DNA of 64,000 bases, taken from positions 365,862,001-365,926,000 of the forward strand of contig OZ024740.1 of the NCBI GenBank assembly GCA_964016885.1, written 5' to 3'. The notes below the pieces were generated by a model. The model was not told the DNA's origin. It did not search any database and saw only the letters and a list, made by a program, of their open reading frames with translations. The stretch is from Eledone cirrhosa. Lineage: Eukaryota. Positions 53,471 to 64,000 of the stretch are shown in pieces (the stretch's first letter is position 1; every line of letters begins with the position of its first letter). Both the position numbers and the translations under genes were made by a program.

Positions 53471-55603
53471 CCCCCTCCCTCTGTTCATGTCCACACGTGG
53501 TTTTTTGGCAAACATCAAATATACTTTGTTAAAATAATTTTATGTTGAAGCTGGTACTCGTAGTCAGGGAACAGTCAAAGTATTTGTAATAATGAATATT
53601 GTATCCATCTGACGTGTTAAAAGGGCAGTTTTGGGTGAAAATATATTTTGTTTGGGAAGACGTGGACAAATGTCCTTCCTTGTCGCCATTTTGTTTATTA
53701 TTATTATCATCATCATTATCAGGAATGCTCAGCATTTAAATGAGTGTGTATGTGTGTGTAAAAGTAAATATGTGAACCAAAACAAATGTATATCCCATGC
53801 ATGTATACATAGCTGCAAATGTGTATGTGTGTGTGTGTACATATAAACAAGGAATGTGTATGCGAGATATATTAAGAATATGTAAGTGATATAGAACGTG
53901 TGCTTATCTGTTTGCTGATGTGAGAATTTCAACAGACATTATTATCGTAATTTTTTTGTTTTGTTTTCATGTGTGGAGATGCATGGCCTAGTGGTAAGGG
54001 TGTTGGACTTACAATCATAATGTCGTGGGTTTGATTCCTGTGCTGGCTTGTGTTTTGTGTTCTTGAGCCAAACACTTCATTTTGCTCCAGTATACTCAGC
54101 TGAAAATGAGTACTAGCAATAGCTGGGGATTTAACCCTGCGATGGACTGGTGCATGTAAAATATTTCTGGTCAACTGAAATTATTAAAATTGTGTGTGTG
54201 TGAGAATGTATGAATTTTTATTACTGTTCACTCATGTATAGATTTAGCTGGCTTCTTTCAGTTGTTTTACTGATAGAAGCTCTAGTCTTATCAGGAAAAG
54301 ACTGTCTACTGAACTGGTACTAATTTTTTGCCTGTTGTGTGGATTAGAGAAACATGAAATAAGGTGTCTTGCTGAAGGACACAATGTATTGCATAGTCCT
54401 GGGATTGAGTCCGACACCTTAACCACTAGGCATGTCTGCATCAATCTCTGAATCCAATTTTCTTGATAGAAATGTGTGGAACACCCAAGAACAAGTAGAA
54501 AAAAAAAGCCTGATTATATTATTGAATAAGTATGAATGATCAATTTTGAAAAAAAAGTGACTATATTTTGGTATCTGATTTAACACTATATACTTAAACA
54601 TAAGAGCAATGGTGTCAGTTGTAGTAGTAGCAATAATGATCTTCACTTGGCACAATAGATATTTTTATATAAGGGAAAGTTTATAACTGTTTGAACTGAC
54701 TATGAAGAATTTTATATATATCAGGAAGGTAAAAAGCAAAAGCCATCCTTGACAGAATTTAAATTCAGTGTAAAAGAATGTAATACAATACTGTAAAGCA
54801 TTTCAGTCGAGTACTGTTTTATTATAATAATGATGATAGTACCTACTTCTTTTTATTGGTTACAAGGACCAAAGACAAAATAAAAAAAAAAAGTGTGGGC
54901 AGCAAATTGAAATTGAGAAGTAAGGCAAGAAGAAAAATAATAAAGCCACAAATATCAATCAACAAAAGGATCCTCAAAGTGGAGACAACCACAAATGGAA
55001 ATTTGGAGACACTTCACAGACAAAAAGCAAAAGCCTTCTCCCAGCACCAACTGCTCTACTGATAACTTTTTCTAAAGTGTAATGAAGTTGATGAAGGTTT
55101 AACCTACAAGGAAAAACTTTTTCCTTAAGAACCTTTCAACTGCACCCAGAATAATTATAATAACATTGTATTTCAAGTCCCAAACAAACTTCACTAAACT
55201 ACCACTTGGTAGGAATATTGGCAGGATTTTAGCAAATGAATTTGCTTCAAAGCAAATGTTGAATGAGACAACCATGGGCTTTATTTTAAATGTTTTTTTT
55301 TTTTTTTTTTTATATTATTGATGTCACACAGTAAGCAAACATTCTTTTGGCAAAAAACTCACCGTTGAAATATCTATGAGAAATGCTTCCCCTTGTCACT
55401 AGAATACAAAAGATAAAATGCAAAGGAAAAATAGATCTATACTGTAGCTAAAGAAAGCTCACAAGTTCTTTACACCTTAACAAATATCCACTGAAGATAG
55501 TTTAGAAATAAAAAAAATATATATATGTAACTGAAAAAATTATTCATTAACAATGACATATCCATAAATATCTATCCATCCATATGTGTATGTATGTATG
55601 ATG

Positions 55604-55657
<54 letters not shown>

Positions 55658-57024
55658 AAGAGAGAGATGTAAAATCCTGACCAGGCTTGCTATGATGTGT
55701 ACACAGTTTCCTGTTTAGAAGCACATCTTCAGAGGCCAAAACTGACCTCTGAAAAAGTGTTTGCAAACATGAAACAGAGTGCCCAATGTGAGGTCTACAT
55801 TAAAATGTATACTCTACTATTGAGTACCTTAATTGCATAGTGATCTTCTCAATCATTCAATTAAATTACCATGTGTGTATGTACACATACATGCATGTGG
55901 TGGGTGTAGTATGTGGTGTGTTTAGTATGTGGTGTGTGTAATATGTGGTGTGCAGTATTTTGTGTGTAGTATGTGGTGTGATGACTATAATGATAGTTAA
56001 TAACTATATATAATAGTTGAGTAAATCAAGTGAAGAACCTCTGGAGATCAAAAAAGTGTTTACATATATGTGTGTGTGTGTGTGTATATATATATATAGC
56101 AGAACAAAACAGAAACTGACAAATACAATGTGTGTTTGTGCAATGTCACAATATTTTGAATTTCCTTCCTGTTTACCTGTAGTACAAGACTCAATAAGTT
56201 AAAGTTCATTCAGAGACACTGGTCATGCAACTTCTTTATTCTATAACTCCAATAACTCAATAGTTTATCAGACATACCACTAAAAAAATATATACAATGC
56301 TGCACTGATACAGTTGTTCGACTTGCTAGGTATAAAAGCTAAATTCCCCTCAATTTACACCTTACATTCTTAATAAAGAAGGATATAATGAAAACAAAAT
56401 GTAAAGAAGCATTTTGTAGTTCTACATTTGATAGTAAATGGAGCTTGCATGACATAATTGAGATATGGATTCAAATATTTTCAGCAGAGTAATTTTCTGA
56501 GAAAATAAATAGAAAGAATCTGATCTAAATTATTAAATTTGTGATTCTTATTTTCTCTTAACTTAAGCATCTGAAATGGAATTAGACAAAATAAAAAAAT
56601 AAAAAAAAAAATTAAGATATTTAGATAAATCTGAGCATATACACATATATATATCATGGAATGGTTATGTCAGCCATTAAAAAACACTTTTATTTCTTAA
56701 TGATATTGCTCGACCTCTTTTGTTTTCAAAGAGTGCTCCAGTTGATTCAATCAGTGGAACTGCCAACTCGTGAAATTAATGTGTAAGTAGTTGAGCATTT
56801 TACAGACACATACACCCTTAATGTAATTCTCAGGGAGATTCAGCATGACACCATATGTGACAAGGCTGGCCCCTTAAATTAATAGTACAGTATAACTGTC
56901 AAAATATTTCATTGTACAGATGTGAGCTGATCACACACACTATTCAACTGAACGTGAGCATGTCATAGATGTACAGGAAAATATTTGGTGAATAAAATGT
57001 AGTTTGCTTGAAGCATTGTATATG

Positions 57025-57235
57025 ATATATAATATGGAAAGAGATAGAAGGTTAAACAATGCAAAATGGACTGTAAGATGAAGGTAATGAAAAAGTCAGT
57101 TACCTGGTAATCTTTTTTTTTTTGTTGTTCTTTCTTTCAAGAGAAAAAACAAAAAGATTACCAGGTAACTTACTTTTTCGTTACCTTCATCTTACAGTTC
57201 ATTTTGCATTGTTTATCTCTTTCCACATTATATAT
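57025..57235. repeat. Long inverted repeat (foldback), ~85-bp arms
   Basis: Left arm ...aaacaatgcaaaatggactgtaagatgaaggtaatgaaaaagtcagttacctggtaatcttttt matches the reverse complement of the right arm with few mismatches and one short indel. Confidence 0.9.
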
Positions 57236-58162
57236 TTTGTGAATGTTATGTTATGTGTGTTTTTAAATGATTAATGACTCTACCACGACCATGCTGTAAC
57301 TGTTTTTGTTATACCACATATCAAGCTCTTGCCAAGTAACTACAGATCCAAAATATATCATCATTTTCCTTTTCCATTTTTTGATAAGTTAGATGGATTT
57401 TCTCCAGCAGGGTCTCACCACTTGTTACAGTCCACAATCACCTCTTTCATAAGTTCCAAAATCCTAAAATCAGACTTAATGACATTTTCTTGTGTTTTTC
57501 TCTTCCATAGACTCCTACTTGGATTGCTTCACAGGTCTTCACCCAACAGTCATCCTTCACAAGACACCACATATGTACCTGTGCAGGCTTCTCTCCTGTA
57601 AAATACTGCTGATTCCTCTAGTGTCCATTTTCTCCAGCAGCCTATGTATATTTTGTCAGGCATACACACGAACATGTCTAATAGAGGACGCTTATTTTGT
57701 TTCTTTCTAGCCTTCCCATTTCCATCACATTCAATACTTATGTTTCACTACTGTGCAATATTGCCTTTTATGTACAAGCATCATACAATCAGAGAGAGAG
57801 GAGGCATTTGTTGCAAAGGTAAAAGTTTACTGAAGTTTTTCTACTCAGTCCTTACTCTGGCTACTATGTTTCTGCAACACTCACTTTTACAGTTGATAAA
57901 GTCACTTAGGCAACACATTAACTACTTCTAGCAAGACCTCTGGGCAGATAAAATCTCACCAAGTGTTTTTACTGCTAATTATTCCTGCGTGTGCATCTGT
58001 TACAATATGAAGTCCTTCAGACAGCATGTTTATAATTGCACTGCGTGTTTTGTGCACCCATAATTTATATGGAGGGACACAGAATGGAATTCTTACCTAC
58101 TTTGCTGCATATGAAACATGGCCACTTTCCAGGAGGCAACAGAAATCTGTAATATTTCTTGC

Positions 58163-59260
58163 TATATATATATATATATATATATATACAAATATACAAA
58201 TATATATATACAAATATACAAATATATATATATATATATACAAATATACAAATATATACATATATATACATACAAATATATACATATATATATACATACA
58301 AATATATACATATATATACATACAAATATATACATATACACAAATATATATATACATATACACAAATATATATATATATATACAAATATATATACACAAA
58401 TAAATATATATATACACAAATATATATATATACAAATATATATACACAAATAAATATATATATACACAAATAAATATATATATACAAATATATATACACA
58501 AATAAATATATATATACACAAATAAATATATATATACAAATATATATACACAAATAAATATATATATATATATATACACATATATATACAAATATATATA
58601 TATATATTTCGTTTCTGAATTTGTTTAGCAAGATTCTTTATCTGAAATCGTGTGTTGAAACCGATATTGTTATACTTTGGGAGGGTCATGTTGCCAATAA
58701 GAAACACACGCACCAGTTGCTTTCACTTCAATTTATTATATATTTATAAATTTACAAATCTACAAACTTATAAATTTCTGGTTGGTTTGTGACGAAAGGA
58801 CTATGACTCTATATATAAACAACTATCTGGTTGTGGAACCAACCAACCAACCAGAAATTTATAAGTTTGTAGATTTGTAAATTTATAAATATATAATAAA
58901 TTGAAGTGAAAGCAACTGGTGCGTGTGTTTCTTATTGGCAACATGACCCTCCCAAAGTATAACAATATATATATATATATATACACATATATATACAAAT
59001 AAATATATATATATATACAAATAAATATATATATAAATATATACAAATAAATATATATATATATATATATACAAATAAATATATATATATATATATATAT
59101 ACAAATAAATATATATATATATATATATATACAAATAAATATATATATATATATATACAAATAAATATATATATATATATATACACACACACAAATAAAT
59201 ATATATATATATATATATATATTTGTATATATATATATATGTACACACATATACACACAC
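58163..59260. repeat. Complex (TA)n/ACAAAT low-complexity arrays flanking the second foldback element
   Basis: Seen directly. Confidence 0.9.
58607..58966. mobile_element. Second copy of the Penelope-like foldback element (centre truncated)
   Basis: Same left end tttcgtttctgaatttg and right end ccaaagtataacaat as 618-1093; keeps only the hammerhead 3' half tgtgac-GAAA-ggac-TA-tgact (58788-58808). Confidence 0.7.
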
Positions 59261-59506
59261 ACATACTTATATAGACAGAAACAGCATTAAGATAGTGCAT
59301 AAAGATGGATAGAATAAGAAGGTATAAAAAAAAAACCCCAAAAGAAAGATAATTGTTTCTACTTTTGGCACAAGGCCAGCAATTACCCAGTACATTACTG
59401 GTACTTTATTTTATCGACCCCATAAGAAAGATAATAAAGATCAACTGATAACTAAACAACAAAACACTACAACAAAAAGGATGAATTCAGAGATGTCATG
59501 CATTAC

Positions 59507-59748
59507 CTGATCCAGCACTGCCACCACCACCACTGCCATTTTCACAGATACTGCCTTTTGGCAGCCAACCCATACTGGTATCTTCTCGTGGAGGATAAGT
59601 GCCAGGAACATTGTTCTTTGTTAATGGCCGAGTTGGTGACAATGTACTATCATCATAACCTTGACCAGAAACTGGACGATTCAGCGTGCTTGTTGGCGTG
59701 TTGTTGCCAATTTTATTATTCGAATTTGTTTTCTCCATTTTTCTGGTC
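59507..59748 (-). CDS. CTNND2: p120/delta-catenin family protein, C-terminal tail exon
   Basis: attcatttttcag|GACCAG...GGATCAG|gtaatg; 242 nt, phase 2->1; contains STLNRPVSGQGYDDSTL (YDDSTL in p120, FDDSTL in ARVCF). Overlaps ORF 59496..59738. Internal phase-1 donors (e.g. ACCA|gtatgg) are possible. Confidence 0.85.
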
Positions 59749-59834
59749 CTGAAAAATGAATAAATATTTTTGGATAAAATCTGATATACACATTAGTTAG
59801 TCATACAGTACAGAAACCTGATTCAGTAGTTTCT

Positions 59835-60179
59835 AATCATCATCATCATCATTTTACGTCCACTTTTCCCTGCTTGCAAGGGTGGGACGGGAACTGATTC
59901 TGGCTTGATTTCTACAGCTGGATGCCCTTCCTAACACCAACCTCATTTACAGTGAGTGGTGGGTGCTTTTTTGCCGTGGCACCTCCACGACCACCTTGCA
60001 GTGGAATGATAGGGACTGGGACCCCAGTCCTATCATCTCATTTCTACAGCTGAGTAAACTGGATCAATGTGAAATAAAGTGTCTTGCACAAGGAAACAAC
60101 ACATTACCCGGTCTGAGAATTGAACTCACAACCTTTCGATTGCAAGGCCAATGCTCTAACCACTAAGCCATGTGCCTCC

Positions 60180-60181
<2 letters not shown>
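59835..60181 (-). mobile_element. Full-length CORE-type SINE with RTE-derived 3' tail
   Basis: tRNA head, CORE-like block, tail shared with the RTE 3' UTR (60900-61178) and ending in (GAT)n. Confidence 0.85.
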
Positions 60182-60272
<91 letters not shown>

Positions 60273-60276
<4 letters not shown>

Positions 60277-61178
60277 ACAGTAGACAGCTTCTGCTACCTA
60301 GGTGACCGAATTAGCAACGGAGGTGGGTGCTCTGAAAGTACAATAACTAGGGTAAGAACGGGATGGAAGAAGTTTAGGGAACTACTACCACTGCTAGCTG
60401 CAAAAGGCTTCTCCCTCAGAATGAAAGGCAGACTGTATGATGCGTGTATCCGAACAGCGATGTTGCATGGTAGTGAGACCTGGGCGCTGAAGGTGGAAGA
60501 CTTACGTAGATTAGAGAGAAACGAAGCCTGCATGCTCCGATGGATGTGTAACAGTAATATACGTGAACGACAAAGCATAAATGAATTGAGAGAGAGACTG
60601 AGCATAAGAGGAATCAAATGCTGCGTGCAGGAGAGGCGGTTACGCTGGTATGGACATGTGATGCGTATGAAGGATGACAGCTGCATAAAAAGGTGCAGAG
60701 CACTAGAAGTTGATGGAAACCGCGGAGTGGGGAGACCCAAGATGACTTGGGATGAGGTGATAAAAGCCGACCTTACCCAACTACACCTCTCAAAGTCAAT
60801 GACACACGACCGTGACTTCTGGCGTCACGCAGTAATACAGGGTACCCGACCTCCCATGGGTACATGCTGAAGCATATAAACAATATGCCCCCCCCCCCCC
60901 CCACCGCAAGGTGGTCGTGGAGGTGCCACGGCAAAAAAGCACCCAGCCCACACTGTAAAGTGGACGTGTAGGCGCCACGAAAAAGCACCCAGCACTCACT
61001 GTAAATGAGGTTGGTGTTAGGAAGGGCATCCAGCTGTAGAAATCAAGCCAGATCAGTTCCTGTATGAGCAAGGCATGGTCAGCCGACCAGACACTGCCCA
61101 CAACAGGACAACCCGTCTAACCCATGCTAGCGTGGAAGAACGGACGTAAAACGGTGATGATGATGATGATGATGATGA
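60273..61178 (+). mobile_element. 5'-truncated RTE (BovB-like) LINE, open ORF2 C-terminus plus 3' UTR
   Basis: FCYLG, RVRTGWKKF, AMLHGSETW, RRLRWYGHVMR, GRPKMTW; stop at 60870; (GAT)n tail; begins at a (TA)n tract. Confidence 0.9.
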
Positions 61179-61775
61179 TATATATATACACACACACACA
61201 CATAATCATATAAATACGAAATAATGAACCAACTTGAAACAAGAAATTAGTGATTAAATAATGTATAATCCTTAATTAGTTTATGCATCATTAACCCTGC
61301 AATGGACTGGTATCCTGTCCAGGAAAAAGTCTTGGACTCCTGGTTGCTTCATGCCACGGAAACTGGGATAAATACTGGCCTAATGAGCCTCCAGGCTTGA
61401 GACAGACTTTAACTTAAATCATTAGAGGATGTTAAGAGTTAAGTTACATTTTTCAATATTGGTTGATTTTGAAGGTGGACCAACACATTCTAATTTATGT
61501 GGTCATGTCTACCACTTTCTAATTGATAAACTTATGTTTTCTATTTGAATTTTCTAAGTTTTTTTTCCCTTGAATTTTTGATATTGGCTCTAGGAGAAAA
61601 AATGAGAGTGTGATGTGATATTTATGCCTTCGTGAATGGCACTAATAGCATAAATGATATGAATTAGTTTTATGTGGGACTTTATACCAATTTGCAATAA
61701 CTATATGTTGGAATTTAATCTGTTCAAGTTAAATTAAATGACACATACAAAAATAATGAAAATCAAATTGGAGAC

Positions 61776-61873
61776 CTGAAGGTTGAAGTTTTTGTAACAA
61801 AATCAGTTTCTGTATATCCCTGTTTTCTATATTCTCCACTAAGCTCTTTAAACTGCCACATAGTGTGAAGCGC
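61776..61873 (-). CDS. CTNND2: p120/delta-catenin family protein, exon at end of ARM domain
   Basis: ttttctttttcaag|GCGCTT...TTCAG|gtctcc; 98 nt, phase 0->2; ALHTMWQFKELSGEYRKQGYTETDFVTKTSTF(R) matches the conserved LxxxWxxKELxxxxxKxGWxxxDF helix after the ARM repeats; phases fit both neighbours. Donor is weak. Confidence 0.9.
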
Positions 61874-62894
61874 CTTGAAAAAGAAAAAAAAAACAATGAA
61901 GAGAAACAAGTAAGAAAAAACTGAAATAAAATGCTTACTCTGAATTACTCTGACCCATTTATTTTCAGCTCTTTAGCATTCAAAATGGTAAACATCTGAT
62001 CACTACACACAATGTTATTTGTTCAAACTGATTTATGCTTGGCTTTTTAGTAGAAGGAAAACTGCTAAGTCAACACATTAGATCAGTAACAATCAAATAT
62101 AACATATTTTGACTTTGAATCATTTATATTGTAAGAAAACTGGTATACATAACATTCTATCAACCATTTAGATGACAAAAAGAAATTACTAACAATTTGA
62201 TTACAGAAGATTTTATATATTGACAGATATAGTTTTAAATTAGAGGGTTTCTTAAAAAAACACACAAATCATTGAACTTTTTTTTGCCTTACATTTTTTT
62301 ATCCCTCTTTTTTTTTCTGTAGTAACACAAGTGTAATAAGATACATTTAAAAAAAATTTTGACCACTAAAGTAAGAGTATTTCGTATAGAATGAGTATTT
62401 ATGGGATTAATTTAAAAAAAATTTTTTTTTACAAAATTCTTTGTGGAAAAATGAACGTTAAACGATGACATAATTATCTCTTCCTTTATTATCTTAAAAG
62501 TTATAGTGAAAAGGTAATGAGAAATTCTCATGTTTGTCTTTTAAAGATTACACACAAGTGAGAATGAAAACTAGATTGAAATGATTCTTTAAGAGCTTAC
62601 TGATACATGGTGCCAACCAATATGAAACTATAAGTAATAGTAAAAAGTAAAATGTAAGTCATGTTAAAATGCTGAGATTAAAATATTTGTCTAATGTTCT
62701 TGACAGAATCATTCATCAATAGTAAATGAAGGGAATAAAAGGAACAGTTCTGCCCCAAATATTAGCTATTTCTTTATAATTACACACCAACACATTTCAC
62801 TGAACTTTTACTGCATTAGTACTTGCTGAATCAGATTGTCAAAGTCTTCTCATAATCTAGTGATTATATTTGAAGAATAAAGAAACAAGCTTAC

Positions 62895-62988
62895 CATGGC
62901 TGAATATCTGACTGTTTTTTCTAGAAAAGCACCCTCGGATTGGGTTATCGATACTAAACGGCTGACACCACCTTCTGATAATAGCGAG
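62895..62988 (-). CDS. CTNND2: p120/delta-catenin family armadillo protein, internal exon (last ARM repeat); gene continues upstream beyond the window
   Basis: Minus strand tctactttcag|CTCGCTA...GCCATG|gtaagc; 94 nt, phase 2->0; translates SLLSEGGVSRLVSITQSEGAFLEKTVRYSAM, resembling the last ARM repeat of p120-catenins (human p120 LRETQGIEKLVLINKSGNRSEKEVRAAAL, recalled). Symbol is family-level, not a proven one-to-one orthologue. Confidence 0.9.
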
Positions 62989-64000
62989 CTGAAAGTAGAT
63001 TAATATATATATATACATATATACATATTTCAAGGACACCAAGTTAAATTATAATATATATATATATTCACCGCACAATGCAACCAACATAAAGAGTTGT
63101 ACCTTACCCTTAGTCTGTATATAAAAGAGACCCCAATCTTATGAATCTACTTATCACACAGCAATCACTCCCTCTCCACACTTCTAGTGACATCTACCGT
63201 TCAACACTTGTTCTCTTTCCTCTGCCTCTCCTTCTCTCAGCAACAAACATCTAACTACCACTGCCCCTTCAACACTGCCTATTTCGTCACACTCTCTCTC
63301 ACTCCCTTCCATTACTGCTTCTCTTTTACAATTCCAGTCTTCTCATTTGACACCTCCACACTGGTTCAGTCTGCTCTCTTATCGCATTTTTGTACCCCAC
63401 ATCCACTCAGTATAGTTCTTCTTTATCATCTATCTCTTGATGTACTTATCCACCTCCTGGTCAAGCTTCATTAAAGGTATGGGGACAACATTAAGTAGTG
63501 AGTACCCCCTTAGTCTTAAAAGATTCAAAACAAACCCACTTGTGTTTATACAACAATAAGATGTATCCAGTACAGCTTGGAAATTCGTGGTGCCAGTGCC
63601 ATGATAAAATACATCCAGTACAATCTGGAAAGTGACTATATCCAATACACTCTGGAAAAGAGTGGTGTTGCTGGCATCATAAAATACATCCAGTATACTC
63701 TAGTTACACAAGGGAAATAACTCTTTCCATTACTGCTTAAATTAACGTCATTGAAAAACATTTTTGCTTTATTGAATTTTCAAAACACTTGCTAGTAAGG
63801 AAAATGGACATTAAATGATGATGCTGATGACAAGTCTTCCTTACCACATCTTTTCGATGAAAAGATACATTACTCCTGGCTAACTGCATTAAGTAAGTTT
63901 AAGTTTTCTTTAAGCGAAACGTGCTCACTTTGAAATCGTCATTCACATTTTCAAGTGATATGTGTTACAAATACTGTAGTTTGTCCTAGAAGCATGAATG

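Noticed and set aside
52926-53537. 203-aa plus-strand ORF
   Set aside because: Antisense to the CR1 5' region, low complexity, no recognisable domain.
58026-59300. Multiple long IY-rich ORFs
   Set aside because: Low-complexity (TA)n arrays.

Overview
AT-rich, microsatellite- and transposon-dense animal genomic DNA. The tRNA-derived CORE-type and Nin-type SINEs suggest an octopus or other coleoid cephalopod (inference). The window holds the 3' part of one minus-strand protein-coding gene, a p120/delta-catenin family armadillo protein. By hand I built exons 62895-62988, 61776-61873, 59507-59748, a predicted 17-nt microexon at 33961-33977, 18629-18730 and 16721-16888. They give one open frame from the last ARM repeat through YDDSTL and DSIPLNDMGPGY to an EPLYA motif and the PDZ ligand DSWV*, probably followed by a long 3' UTR. 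The rest is mobile DNA: a near-full-length decayed CR1 LINE and fragments, two RTE-type LINE pieces, tandem Tx1-like 3' ends at (TATC)n, HERO-like and CRE-like remnants, a FLYWCH/MULE transposon with nested RTE and SINE insertions, hAT and Tc-mariner MITEs, Helitron-like pieces and many SINEs. The best leads are (i) the frame-restoring microexon and other candidate cassette exons that could switch the PDZ/EPLYA tail on or off, (ii) a foldback Penelope-like element family carrying a type I hammerhead ribozyme, and (iii) several intronic dsRNA-forming structures that are candidate ADAR or miRNA substrates. All calls are by eye; no database search was run.
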